NCBI RefSeq assembly: GCF_018350175.1
Contig: NC_058373.1
Coordinates: 107,510,001-107,574,000 of the forward strand
DNA: 64,000 bases
DNA from: Felis catus
Taxonomy: Eukaryota
Direction: 5' to 3'
This document shows positions 27,330 to 42,808 of the stretch, piece by piece. The notes below the pieces were generated by a model. That model ran no database searches, was not told the origin of the DNA, and worked only from the letters and a program-made list of their open reading frames with translations. How positions within the stretch are numbered: the first letter of the stretch is position 1; each line of letters starts with the position of its first letter. Position numbers and translations under genes: made by a program.

Positions 27330-27965
27330 AATAAAGTTCTTTTTGTATCAGGAATTTAAAATCCAGTCCTGTGAAGAGGACAGTTTAAAGGAAAGCACTG
27401 TTCTGAGAAAAAGGAGGCAGTATCTGAGGCATGTGTTAGTCTGCACTAACATACCATAACTGTGATTCTGAGGGACTGCCGGGAGGAGGTGACATTGTCT
27501 TTAGTCCCACAGTTAAGTGCTTTGGGCAGTCTCATGGCTTTTGGACATGAGTGAATTGTGGTCTGATATAGTTGTAATACGTTATATAAGTTGTATAAGT
27601 TATAAACTTCAGGACTTAAAGTGTTCCTTTATTCTTACGCAAGAGAAAAGAGTCTTTGGTCCTAAAGATTAATATGCCCTCTGCACAACTCCACCTTCAT
27701 GACAGTAGGAACAGCAGAACTGTCAGATGGAATCTGCTTTGGTGCTCCTTTGGGTCTTTTTTCTCCTGACACTGCAGTGGTCTGGGTCTGATATTGGGTC
27801 CCAGAAGGAGCGCGGTTTTAGGCAGAGAGCCCTGGGCTTTTTGCTGTTTTCAGAAATTTGGTGACCAGGTGTTCCTCAATGAGGGATATTTTGAAGTTCC
27901 CATTTTGACACTTGAATACAAGAGTGACTAGAAGAGGAACATGCCCAATATCATTTTGTATTCTT

Positions 27966-28173
27966 TTTTTTGTTTTTTTGACATTGATTCCTTTTTTGAA
28001 AAACAGTGTGAGTGGAGGAAGGACAGAGAGAGAGGGAGACACAGAATCTGAAGTAGGCTCCAGGCTCTGAGCTGTCAGCACAGAGCCCTACACGGAGCTT
28101 GAACTCATGAACTGTGGGATCATGACCTGAGCTGAAGTCGGACGCCTAACCGACTGAGCCACGCGGGTGCCTC
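27966..28173 (-). mobile_element. CanSINE
   Basis: TSD TCATTTTGTATTCTT at 27951 and 28175. Confidence 0.93.
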
Positions 28174-30739
28174 GTCATTTTGTATTCTTAATATGTGTGC
28201 TCTTAGGTCCTCCTGCATACAGGAATTGAGAGGCATGTGCAAATGCAGAGAGCACATCTTTGGGTCCATTAGTGCTAGAAATACTTGTGCATAGGTTTTT
28301 GGGTTCTGACACATGCATTTCCTAAAGACATGAATTAGAGTGAAAAAGGGAAAGGTGTCATCATGGTGCTATTTCTGCTGCCGCTCCTTCTTTTGCTCTG
28401 TTTAAGAGGAAGTTGCTGGCACCCAACAATACCCGGGAAAGATACGTTACAGAGGACTTCCTCTTAAACCAGGGTACAAAAGGGCACAGTGCATGATGAA
28501 GTCCATGTCAGAAGCCAGGGGTGGAAACCCATGTAGAGGAAAACCTTTTCTTTCTTTTTTCTTAAACTGAGATATAAATAACTTATGACATTGTATACGT
28601 TTAAGGTGTACAACATGTCAGCACACTTCTATATTGCAGTGTGATTACCACAGTAGTGTTAACTAACCCCTCCATCACGTTCTATTAAGGATCTACTCTC
28701 CTAGCAACTTTCAGGTATACATTATTGTTCACTACAATCAGAAGGCTGTACATTAGATCCCCAGAACTTATTCATCCTCTAATTGCAAATTGTACCATTT
28801 AACCAACATCTCAGTTCCCTTGCCCACCCCCACCCTCACCCCTGGTAACCACCATTCTACTCTGTTTCTGTGAGTGTGGCCTTTTTTGAGTCTGCATATA
28901 AGTGATAAACAATAATGATCTTTTTTCTGCCTGACTTATCTCACTTAGCACAACACCCTCAGAGTCCATCCATATTGTCACAAGTGGCAAGATTTCCTTC
29001 TTTCTCGTGGCTGAATAATATTCCATTATTCCATATGTATATTATATATATGGCATATTATGTATGTGTGTGTGTATAGATAGATAGATAGATACATACA
29101 TACATATATACACACACATATCCCACATCTTTATCCATTCATCTACTGACAAACTCTTAGGTTGTTTCTATATCTTGGCTATTGTGAATAATGCTGCAAT
29201 AAATATGGAACTGCAGCTATCTTTTCCATATCCTGTTTTCCTTTGGATATATCACCCAGAAGTGGCATCGCTGGATCATATGGTAGTTCTATTTTTAATT
29301 TTCTTAGGAACGTCAGTACTGTTTTCCATAATGGCTGAACCAATTCTCATTCTCACTAACAGTGCGCAGGGATTACTTTATCGCTACTTCCTCACCAACA
29401 CTTGCTATTTCTTGTCTTTTTGATACCCATACTAACAAGTGTGAGCTGACATCTCATTGTGGTTTTAATTTGCATTTCTCTGAAGATTAGTGATGTCGAG
29501 CTCCTTTTCATATACTTGTTGGACATTTGCATGTCGTCTTTGGAAAAATGTTCATTTCCTCTGCCCAGTTTTACATTGGATTGTTCATTTTTTTTTTTTT
29601 TTTTTGCTATTGCTTTGTATGAGTTCTTTATATAATTTGGATATCAACTCCCTACCAAAGATACGGTTTCCAAATATTTTCTCTCATTCCATAGATTGAC
29701 TCTTCGTATTGTTTGTTGTTTCTTTTGCGGTACAGAAGCATTTTAGTTTGATGTAGTGCCACTTAGTTCTGCTTTTGTTGCTTATACTTTTGATGTCATG
29801 TCCAAAAAATAAATGCCAAAACCAATGTCAAGGAGTCACTTTCCTATGTTTTCTTGTAGAAGTTTTATGGTCCGATATTACACTTAAGTCTTTAATCCAT
29901 TTTAAGTTAATTTTTGTGAGTGATATAAGATAGGGGTCCTTTTTATTTTTTATGTGTTTATCCAGTTTTCCTAGCACCATTTATTAAAGAAAAATTTTTC
30001 CCCATTGAACACTCTTGGCTCCCTTGTCAAATGTTAGTTGGCTGTATATGGACACAGAGTTGTTTCTGGGCTCTGTTATTTGTTCTGTTGGTCTATGTGT
30101 CTATTTTAAGCCAGAACTATGCTATTTTGAATGGTATAGAAGCTTGGTAGCATAGTTTAGGATCAGGAAGTGTGAGTGATGCTTTGTTTTTGCTTTGGCT
30201 ATCTGGGATCTTTTGTGGTTCCATACAAATTTTAGGATCGTTTGTTCTATTTGTATAAAAAGTGTCATTGAAATCTTGATAGGGAATATGTTAAATCTAT
30301 AGATAGCTTTGGGCAGTGTGGACATTTTAACAAATTAATTTTTCCTATCTATGAACATGGACAGGATAGCTTTTCATTTGTGTCTTTAATTTCTGTCATC
30401 AAAGTATTACAGTTTTCAGTGTATTGAATTTTCACTTCCTTGGTTAAATTTATTCCTACATATTTTATTGGTTTTGATGCTGTCATAAATGGGATTGTTT
30501 TCTTTATTTCTTTTTCAGATATTTTGTTGTTAGTGTATAGAAATGTAACTGGTTTCTGTAAGTTGATTTTGTATCCTCCAACTTTACTGAATGTGTTGGT
30601 AGTTCTAACAGTTTTTTTGGTTGAGATTTCCTGTGTATAAGATCGTATAATCTGCAAATAAAAATAGATTTACTACTTCTTTTCCAATTTGGCTGTCTAG
30701 CTAGGACTTCCAGTACCATGTTTAAAAAAGTGGTGAGAT

Positions 30740-30986
30740 GAGGGGGGTGGGGGGCGCCTGAGTGGCTCAGTCGGCTGGGTGTCCGACTTTGGCCCAGGTC
30801 ATGATCTCGCAGTTCGTGAGTTCAAGCCCAGCATGGGGCTCTGTGCTGACAGCTCAGAGCTTGGAGCCTGCTTCAGATTCTGTGTCTCCTTCTCTCTGCC
30901 CCTTCCCCACTCATGCTCTGTCTCTCTCTGTCTCTCAAAAATGAATAAACATTAAAAAAAATTTTTTTAATAAAATTTTAAAAAAG
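30740..30986 (+). mobile_element. CanSINE nested in L1
   Basis: TSD AAAAGTGGTGAGAT at 30726 and 30987; extra G-rich bases at the 5' junction. Confidence 0.94.
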
Positions 30987-31161
30987 AAAAGTGGTGAGAT
31001 TGGGCACCCTTGTGTGGTTCCTGATCTTAGGGAAAAGCTTTCAACCTTTCCCTATCGAGTATGATGTTAGCTATGGGTTTGTTGTGTATGGCCTTTATTA
31101 TGTTGAAGTATGTTCCTTTTATACCTAGTTTATTGAAGCTTTTATTATAAAAGGTTATTGT

Positions 31162-31383
31162 GGGGCGCCTGGGTGGCGCAGTCGGTTAAGCGTCCGACTT
31201 CAGCCAGGTCACGATCTCGCGGTCCGGGAGTTCGAGCCCCGCGTCGGGCTCTGGGCTGACGGCTCAGAGCCTGGAGCATGTTTCCGATTCTGTGTCTCCC
31301 TCTCTCTCTGCCCCTCCCCCATTCATGCTCTGTCTCTCTCTGTCCCAAAAAATAAAATAAACGTTGAAAAAAAAAAATAAAAA
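31162..31383 (+). mobile_element. Young felid CanSINE nested in L1
   Basis: TSD ATAAAAGGTTATTGT at 31147 and 31384; CpGs intact. Confidence 0.96.
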
Positions 31384-31927
31384 ATAAAAGGTTATTGTAT
31401 TTTGTCAAATGCTTTTTCTCATATGTCGAGATGATCATATGATTTTTCTCTCTCATACTATTAATGTGCTGTATCACATTTATTGATTTACATATGTCCT
31501 ACCACCCTTGTATTGCAGGGATAAATTCTACTTGATCATGGTATATGATCTTTTTAATGTGCCACTGAATTCAGTTTGCTAATATTTTTTTGAGGATTTT
31601 TGCATCTGTATTAATCAGGAATTTTGATGTGTAGTTTTCTTTTTTTTGTAGTATCCTTATCTGGCTTTGATACTAGAGTATTCTGCCCTTGTAAAATGAA
31701 TTTGGGAGTGTTCCCTTCTCTTCAGAGTTTTGGAAGAGTTGGAGAAGAATTGACATAAATTCTTCTTTAAATATTTGGTAGAATTCATCATTACAACTAT
31801 CTGGTCCTGGGCTTTTCTTTGTTGGGAAGCTTTTGATTACTGATTCATTTTCCTTACTCATTAGTGCTCTGTTCGTATTTCCTATTTCTCATGATTCAAT
31901 TTTGATGTATGGTTCTAGGAATTTGTC

Positions 31928-31936
<9 letters not shown>

Positions 31937-31962
<26 letters not shown>

Positions 31963-32136
31963 AATTTGAGAGTGCAAGTGGGAGAGGTGTAGAGAGAAAA
32001 GGAGAGAGAGAGCCTTCAACAAGCTCCATGCCCAGTGTAGAGCCCGACGCAGGGCTCAGTCTCATGACTATGAGATCACGACCTGAACTGAAATCAAGAG
32101 ACGGATGCTTAACCAACTGAGCCATCCAGATGCCCC
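31937..32136 (-). mobile_element. CanSINE at the L1 5' boundary
   Basis: Poly(T) tail; degenerate TSD tccgttttctt/tccattttctt. Confidence 0.9.
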
Positions 32137-33534
32137 TATCCATTTTCTTAATTTAACAGGCCAGTGGGAGACTTTAGCTACATGGTAGAAAAAGAAGATG
32201 CATTTTCACTAACTGGGAATTCTGAGAGCATCTACCATATGATTTGGACAAATAATCCCTATTGTCTTTGATACTCTAGCTCCCATATTGGCATGAATTT
32301 TACTTTGTTACTATTGTGTGTGTGTATATATGTGTATGTTTCAGTGAAAAATGATTACAGGAAATTTAGAAAAGGCAGATAAAAAATAAAAATCATGCAT
32401 AATACCATCTCTTACCTAATCATGGTTATTTTATTCCCTTTTAATTTTTCTCAAGCTTTTTTAAACATAGTTAATAACCAGATATTTTATACTTTTATCA
32501 TTTCCATTTCACTAAATTGTCCTTTTTTTAAAGCTGCATAACATTCCACTGAATATGCTGTTAATTGACCTAATATTTTCTATTGTTAAATATATAGGAC
32601 TTCCTGCCAGCTTCTTAATATTATAATAATGTTATATTCATAGTTTCATGCACATAGAATTCTTTATATTATAGATTATTTTCTTAGATTACCATATTTT
32701 TATTGCTTTTGCTACATATTGTAATTGTTTTCCCAGAAGTAGTAGTAATTGACAAGATCACTAACAATGCGTGAAAGATCAACTGTGCCACATCCTTGAA
32801 TATTGTTTTTAAAATAATTTTACTAGTTTAATTTCAACAGCCTCATTTTTATTTCTTAAATTAGCACCAGAGATTGGATTTTTCTTTGTGTGTATTTACT
32901 AGTTATACTTCTTGCATGAATTGTTTGTCCTTTACATACTAAAGTGAAATCTTTACTATTAAATTCTTGGGGCATTAACTCTAACGTTTTAAAACTTATA
33001 CACGTGTATTTTATATTAGAAAATTGAAACCCATCTATATGTAAACCAGGAGAAAATAAAAATTGCTCATATTGCTACCACATAGACATATCTGCTTCTG
33101 GTATTTTAAATCTGTCCTTCTGACCGTTTTTTTTTTTTTTTTTTTAATGTTCATCCAATTTTCTTAAGTAATCAAATACATCATCACACACTTTTAACTT
33201 GCCTTTATTTCATTTACTATGCTAATGCCTTTATATGAAAAATATAGTACTTTTTTTCCTGGTAATTCATGCTCTTTCTTGATAATTTGAAAAATGTAGA
33301 AAACTGTAAAGAATAAAAATTACTCATCATTCTATCACCCAGAGATGATGGCTATCAATAGGTTATAGTTCCTTTCCATTTTTAATGAATCTATCCTTTC
33401 CTCAAAATTGCTATCATGCTATATATATTTATGATGTTTACTGAGTATTCATTCCGTTATTATACTTACAAAAATTTCTTTTTTGAAATTGTTCCCTAGT
33501 CACATAATTTGTTTTAGAATCGTCATGGTCTTAA

Positions 33535-33741
33535 GGGCACCTAGGTGGCTCAGTAGTTAAGTGTCAAGCTCTTGGTTTCTGCTCAGGTCATGATCTCACA
33601 GTTCATGAGTTCAAGCCTTGCATGGGGCTCTGCGCTGACAGTGCAGAGCCTGCTTGGGATGCTCTCTCTCTTTCCCTCTCTCTTTGCCCCTCCCTTGTCT
33701 CTCTCTCTCAAAAAATAAATAAACTTAAAATTAAAAAAAAA
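33535..33741 (+). mobile_element. CanSINE
   Basis: Degenerate TSD aatcgtcatggtctta/aattgtcatggtatta. Confidence 0.93.
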
Positions 33742-34009
33742 ATTGTCATGGTATTAGATGTTTGTTTCTGATTTTCTGTATTTTTTTATGCAGTTTTTAC
33801 CTTCACCAGTTTTGTGCTTACCTTGTCACTCCTCACCAACATTGACTATTATCTTACTTTTAAATATTTGCTAATTTGGTGGTTGAAAAATGGCATCTCA
33901 TTATTTTGATACCTTTCTTAAATGAAGATTCATTAATAAGAATAATAGGATTTCACTAGAACGTATTTTACTAAAAGGAAGTAGACTTTTCTTAGTGGGT
34001 GGTTGTAAT

Positions 34010-34012
<3 letters not shown>

Positions 34013-34052
<40 letters not shown>
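34013..34052. repeat. (TG)20 microsatellite
   Basis: Read directly; 55 nt upstream of the exon at 34108. Confidence 0.97.
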
Positions 34053-34056
<4 letters not shown>

Positions 34057-34087
34057 CACAAACAGTGGATTCCTGTGCCTAAAATAG

Positions 34088-34279
<192 letters not shown>

Positions 34280-34656
34280 TAGCAGAAGGGTGGTAGTGGT
34301 GAATAATTTTGAACTCGGACTTATTTTAGGTTGTTCAGCCTTCAGCCTTGCCTAGTTAGCCCATTACTTGGTTTGCAGTAGTATTTTGTCTGCCCTACTA
34401 AAATAAAATCTTTACAGCGGAACATTAAAGAGCAGCCTTTCCTTACAGTGTACCATTAGTGGTAAGCCTGTTCCAACTCTGCTGTACAGAGCTGCATAAA
34501 TGATCTGTGACAGATAGTTGGAATGTTGTTATTCTCAGCCCTAAGCCCCAGATACCAAGCACTGTAATAGAAAACATGCCCAAGATGTATAGCTTTTGCT
34601 GTACGTTAGGAACACTTTCCTTATAAATTGCTTTTTATTTTACTGTTATTTTACAG

Positions 34657-34715
34657 GCTTTCTTGGCTACACGAGTAGTTTATCATTTTTCTTTATGGTG
34701 TTCTTTGCTGTTGTG
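34657..34715 (+). CDS. SLC38A6: SLC38A6 exon (probably exon 8), (G)FLGYTSSLSFFFMVFFAVV
   Basis: attttacag| acceptor, GTG|gtaagt donor, 59 nt, LGYTS family motif. Confidence 0.97.
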
Positions 34716-35420
34716 GTAAGTTTGAAATAGAGTACATTGCTTATCTCCTCACTAAAATTGAACTTACTGTGTCAATGTCTTCTTTTTTCTTCAACTCTGT
34801 TTTCTGTTAGTTTTAGTTCATTGTGTTATTTAAAAAGCCCTTTAGGACACAAAATTATTTCCTTTGTTGTATCTCTTTTGAAGAGGCTGAGCTAAAGCCA
34901 CAGTTCAACTTCGGTATCTCTTGGTTCACTAGAGAGGAGAGCACACTGATTGTGTTAAAACCTAAGATGAAGTCTAATTCTTTATGTAGGTGTGTGTTTC
35001 AGTTTATTTCCATATAATGCTGTGTGTGTATGTGATTGAACTCTCCCTTGCTACTGAAAGATGAGTGAAAGGAAATGCTACCCAAATGAGCAACAACACA
35101 GTATACCAGTAGTTGAGCCATATTATAGAGCCATGGTTTCAAGCTATCACAACAATCTAGGAGGCATTTAATTTAGGTTAAACTGTCTTCTGGGATACGA
35201 GGATAAAACAACTTTGGATTATTTAAATGAAGAGGAAGTGACCCTGGTTTTAGTGTCCAGAAATAGTTATACTTCAGTGGATGCTCTTAAAACTAAAATA
35301 CTCAAAAGCGTTTTCATTTAATCATTTGTTGAATTTATCAGCGTTAAAAATCATTGCCCTCCCTCCCTCAGATTGTCTGACTTGTATCTTAGAAGTAAAT
35401 GAACTGAACACAGACTCTTT

Positions 35421-35540
35421 TCTCCCTCAGTTTAATTGAGATACAGTTGACATACAGCACTAAGCTGAAGGCGTACTGCATAAAGACCTGACTTACACAT
35501 ATAGCAAAATGATTACCACCACAAGTTTAGGTGACATCCA
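35421..35540 (-). mobile_element. Very short L1 3'-terminal fragment with degenerate TSD
   Basis: tttaattgagatacagttgacatac...aaatgattaccacc; flanked by TGAACAcAGACTcTTT (35405) and TGAACAtAGACTtTTT (35541). Confidence 0.6.
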
Positions 35541-35624
35541 TGAACATAGACTTTTTAGGCTCCGCACTGAAAAGGGAAACCACAGTTATTTTCACCATAA
35601 GTGGATTTTTTTTTGCAGTGGTAC

Positions 35625-36099
35625 TTTATTAATTTTTTGAGTATAGTTGACAAAAAGTGTTACATTAGCTTCAGGTATACAGCATAGTGATTCCATAACT
35701 TAATACATTATGCTATATTCACCACAAGTGTTAGTACCATCTGTCACCATTCAACACTATTATAATATCATTGACTATATTCCCTATGCTGTACCTTTTA
35801 TTCCCCGTGACTTATTCATTGCTTAACTGGAAGCCTGTGTCTCCCACTTCCCTTGACCCGTGTTGCCCATCCCCCTCCCCTCACCTCTGGCAACCCTCAG
35901 TTTGTTCTCCGTATGTATAGGTCTGATTCTACTTTCTGTTTATTCATTTGATTTTTTAGGTTCCACCTGTGTGAAATCATATGGTATTTGTCTTTCTCAG
36001 TCTGACTTATTTCACTTAGCAAACTACCCTCTAAATCCATCCATGTTGTTGCAAATGGCACTATCTCGTCCTTTTTTGTTGCCGTGTGATATTTCATTA

Positions 36100-36133
<34 letters not shown>

Positions 36134-36960
36134 ACATCTTCCTTATCCATTTGTCTATTTGAATATTTATGTTGCTCCCATATCTTGGCTATTGTAAATA
36201 GCTCTGCAGTAAACGTAGGGGTGCATATATCTTTTCGAATTAGTGTTTTTGTTTTCTTTGGGTAAATACCCAGTAGTGGAACATTGGGTCATATGGTATT
36301 TCTATTTTTAATTTTGGGGGGAACCTCCATACTGTTATCCACAGTGGTTGTACCAGTTTACATTCCCTTCAGCAGTGCCTGAGGGTTCTTTTTTCTCTAC
36401 ATCTTCGCCAACACTTGCTATGTATGTCCTGTCTTTTTGATTTTAGGCATTCTGATAGGTGTAAGGTGATATCTCACTGTGATTTTGATTTGCATTTCCC
36501 TGATGATTAGTGACGCTGAGCATCTTTTTGTGTGTCTATTGGCCATCTGTATGTCCTCTTTGGAAAAATTCAAGTCCTCTGTTCATTTTTTAATTGGATT
36601 ATTTTTTTGGCATGAGTTGTATAAGTTATTTATGTATTTTTGATATTAACACCTTATCACATATATCATTTGCTAATGTCTTCTCCCATTCAGTTTTGTT
36701 TTCTTGCTGGTTTACTTTGCTGTGCAAAAGCTTTTTATTTTGATGTAGTCCCAGTAGTTTATTTTTGCTTTCAGTTCCCTCGCCTTAAGAGACATGTCTA
36801 GAAAAATGTTGACGTGGCTGATGTCAGAGAAATTACTGCCTATGTTCTCTTCCAGGAACTTTATGGTTTCAGGTCTCACATTTAATCCTAAGTAGAGATC
36901 TTTAATCCATTTTGAGTTTGTTTTTCTATATGGTGTTAGAAAGTAGTCCACTTTCATAAT
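35625..36960 (-). mobile_element. 5'-truncated carnivore L1 (ORF2 C-terminus plus 3'UTR)
   Basis: ORF2 peptides [43 protein letters not shown]. Confidence 0.93.
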
Positions 36961-37779
36961 CTAATTGTTGAGAAGTGTCTACAAGGTTAGGAATGACCTA
37001 TGTATGCAAATGAACATATGGATGTGAAAGAGAATCAGTCTAGATAACATTGAATTTTTTCCTCACAGATAATTGGCAATCCAAGCATTGCATAGGTAAG
37101 AATAATTTGGTTTTTATAGCCGATAGCTTGAAGCATGTGAAATGTATTGATACAAGATGTCTATTGTAGTTTTCACAGTATTCATTTCTGGCAGGTACTC
37201 TTAAATTCGGTGCAGATTTCTTACTGTAGCAGTCATATGGAAATAATACCATTTTTCTGCACTTATTCTAACGTTTTATAAACCATCTGCCCAGATTTTT
37301 ACCTGTGAGCACAATTTAAATTTGATCTGCAATGAGACAATGAAGATACTGTACACCTTTTTTTAATGCTCCTTCTAATTGTCATATTTATTTTAGACTT
37401 TCTAAATAATTAGATTTTGAAATACTAGTGGTTAGGGAAAGGAAGCCTGTATATATTAGCTCAGATTTTTTTGAAGGGTGTCAATGATTTCATTTATTAT
37501 TTTTGTCAATTTGTGTTTGTAAATCTATATAATATCTATATTACATTTTTCAAAAAAAAATCAGCCCAGAAATCTGTTTCTTAAATTACACTGCCTAAAT
37601 AATGTAAGTAAAGCTTGCAGTCTTTTTAAAAAAAATCTGATCAAAGCCAGCTTTAATTTTTTATCCTCACACTTAAAAGGTTATCTGATGGCTACCGTTT
37701 ACCAATCCTAGCATTGGTTACTAGATAAGGAATCTTAAGGTAAATTTATCTTGTTTACCTAATGTTCAATTTCTGTCCG

Positions 37780-37999
37780 TTTATTTTTTTAATGTTTTAT
37801 TTATTTTTGAGAGGGAGAGAGAGAGACAAAGCGCGAATGGGGTAGGGGCAGAGAGAGAGGAGGACACAGAATCTGAAGCAGGCTCCAGGCTCAGAGCTGT
37901 CAGCACAGAGCCTGATGCGGGTCTCAAACCCACGAACCATGAGATCATGACCTAAGCCAAAGTCAGATGCTTAACCCACTGAGCTATGCAGGTGCCCCC
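37780..37999 (-). mobile_element. CanSINE
   Basis: ttttaatgttttatttatttttgagag...caggtgcccc. Confidence 0.93.
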
Positions 38000-38339
38000 A
38001 GTTTCTATCAGTTTTAATATACACTGGTGTAAATAGCATTACTGACGATTTTGTATAAAATTCAGTCTCCTACACATCCCATGGAATCACGGGATAGAAT
38101 CAGGAGACTCCACCTTCTATGTGAACCTCAGTGGTATTTTTATTTGTAAGAGAACCTTCTTACAACAGGTTTATTTAATTCTCCTAAAAGTGGTGGCATT
38201 CTTTTAAACGATTCTTTCAGAAGCAGCAGTTACATAAATGGAATATTGCATTAAACCTAAAAATGTTGGCCCTGGTTAACTTTATTATTCTGCATATGAT
38301 CATGATAAAGGATAAGGATATTCTTCACATTTCCAAGCA

Positions 38340-40184
<1,845 letters not shown>

Positions 40185-42382
40185 CAAAACTTATGGCCTT
40201 GTCTGTTGTCCCAGATCCTTATTTTGCGTAAAAATTTAACATAACATTCTGCCTCCCTGAAATATCTAAACTTTTTAAAGTCAGTTTTATCAGTGGCTCC
40301 GAATGACAGTAACTAGATGGATCGACCTTTTTGGGTCCATTTTAGAAAACAAATGGATTGCCGTTTTTTCCAAAAGTTCTGTCTTGAGTAGAGATAAGTA
40401 TTCTAAGTAATATTTTAGTAAGCCATTAATCAAAATAGAAAACAATTTGGATGGCTTTTAGTCAGAAGCTTTGCTTGTTGTGAGCACTGAGTGAGGCATT
40501 ATAGACTTGTGGATGCTGTTCTTAAGGATCTGTCACTCTCGTAAGAAAAATTAATGGGAAACAATAGAGAACAATGAAGACAGTATATAATTGAGTATTG
40601 ATTTATTTGCTTCAGAATAAGAATGGCAGGAATTGAGAGAAGAGAAGGAAATTAAACTTGAGCCTTGAAAGGTGGAAAGGACTTGAAACAGAGAAAAGGA
40701 AGGGTCTTTTGTGCCCGTGAACTTAATCCTGTTTTTCCCTTTGTCTTTCTAACCCCTGGAGTTACCTTCTTACCATGTTGTACCTTCAGCCTGAGCAAGG
40801 GCTCCCTGTCACTGTTGTTGGGTGTCTATTCTCGTTCTGTACTTCTACTTTGTAGGACAGCACACCTCACCATCCCACCATGTAGGCTCAGACTTGGGAT
40901 AGGTCTCTACTGGGAAATTAGCTATAGTAGCTCGATTTAATATTAATAATATAAAGCCAAGCTGCCAATGATTTTTTTTTCATTAATTAGAAATTCATTG
41001 AAAATGAATGAAAAACTCATTATATTGTATTTCAGAGCATTGTTATGAGATGTTTTGATTTGCAAGCCAAGTAATAAAAGCTGATGAAATAAATGAGATA
41101 GCTCCCATTCCAACCTTGTCGAAGTACTTGGTACACAGGTGTTCAGTACATGGTTGCAGTTGCCACACACACTGTTAGCAAGGGGAAGGTGTGCGGTGCT
41201 GAACTTGGGGTAGGGCTGCAGACAGAGACCAGTAGCCACCATGCTGCTCTAGCTCCTATCCTACCCCATCCTCATCTTTTTTTGAAAACGTATCAGAAAA
41301 AAAAGATGTGAAATTACTGCTTTTGATTTTTTTTCTTTCCTCTTGGTAAGTTGACCACTACGTAGTTGTATTCCATATTGAAAACTTAAAGAAATATCAA
41401 AAGCAACTTGCTTAGTTTACCCTTTTATTTATTTTTTCTTGGTGAGGGCTTGAGTTCAAAGCAATTCTTTAGTTCACTATTAACTTTATCCTAAAAGTGT
41501 ACATTGTCCTTAATTTGTTTTATCACTATATAAAATTTTGTTTGAATAGGGTAAAATCCCAAACTAGATAAATACCGAATAGGAATAGTATTTACTTACT
41601 GGTCTCCTGCAAAAGACAAATGCTTCCTTTATTCTCCCTTGCCCCTCTGTATGCTGGGTTTCAGCCTGGAGCAAATATTTGCAGAGTAATTGCGTGCCCT
41701 GAAACAGCCTCAACAATGGTAATGTCGACATGCCCACAACTATAGGTCTGGAGCATGATGGCCACAGTCCAGAGTAAAATCCTGAGATATTTGCATTGGT
41801 TCTTTCTGAGAGGTGGCATCCCTCTGGATTTCTTTTAATTAAAAAAAAAAAAAAAGAATTCTTTGTACCAGCTGGAGTTCAATAGCTACGTGCTGTTACT
41901 CTTAGCCAGCTTTATCTACATTTACGAAAAGTAATACAAGTCTAAAAGCAGCCAGGAGGATGGTGCTTCTGAATCAGGAATCCCTGAACTCCTGCTTTGT
42001 ATGGGGTCTCTCCTTATTTCTGTCTGTGGCCATTTCCAGAACTGGTATTAATATTTCTCTATCGCTACTGATGCCAGGTCCACAAATAACCATAGTCTTA
42101 TGCCATTGTCACTAAAAGCATCACGTTCCCATTTTGAGTTGTACTTTTTTTAATGCCTTGATGCTATTAGAGTTTTGAAAGTTGACACGAGAGTACTCAG
42201 TCTTTAAGAGGGGAGATCCCCACTAAACAGATATGCGTCACCCCCCTTTCCCTCTCACAGTAGGCAGCCATGTTAAGTGACAACCCATTCTAACTGGGAA
42301 AAGATCATAGAAGCAAAGAATCTTCTGTTAGCTATTAGTTGGGATGGAGTTCATTTAATTGAAGTAATGCTGACTTGTTTGA

Positions 42383-42556
<174 letters not shown>

Positions 42557-42754
42557 TAAAAAGAAAAAAAAACAGAGCAAGAATGATTTTTTTCCTAATT
42601 AATGAAAAAGTAATGGCTGTATTGCAATTTGGAACTTTGTTTTGAAATGTTTTTATTTGAAAGCCTAGTAATAGTAACTACATCATTTTTGTGGATGAAT
42701 TTGGACTTTTAATGACTGTTGGTTTCTCTTTTTCCCCTGTATCCTCTTAAACAG

Positions 42755-42808
42755 ATTTCAAATGCTACAGATGATTGTAAACCAAAGCTCTTTCATTTCT
42801 CCAAAGAG
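42755..42808 (+). CDS. SLC38A6: SLC38A6 exon (probably exon 10), ISNATDDCKPKLFHFSKE
   Basis: ctcttaaacag| acceptor, GAG|gtgtgt donor, 54 nt; N-A-T sequon and loop cysteine. Confidence 0.95.

Larger units (their letters stand above)
28550..31925 (-). mobile_element. 5'-truncated L1 (ORF2 RT/C-terminal region plus 3'UTR) with two nested CanSINEs
   Basis: Minus-strand ORF2 fragments [48 protein letters not shown]...EILP; many disablements. Confidence 0.93.

Noticed and set aside
38144..38165. 8-bp inverted repeat TTGTAAGA/TCTTACAA
   Set aside because: Short and AT-rich, so expected by chance in 64 kb; only relevant if the RPL15 UTR homology proves to extend this far.
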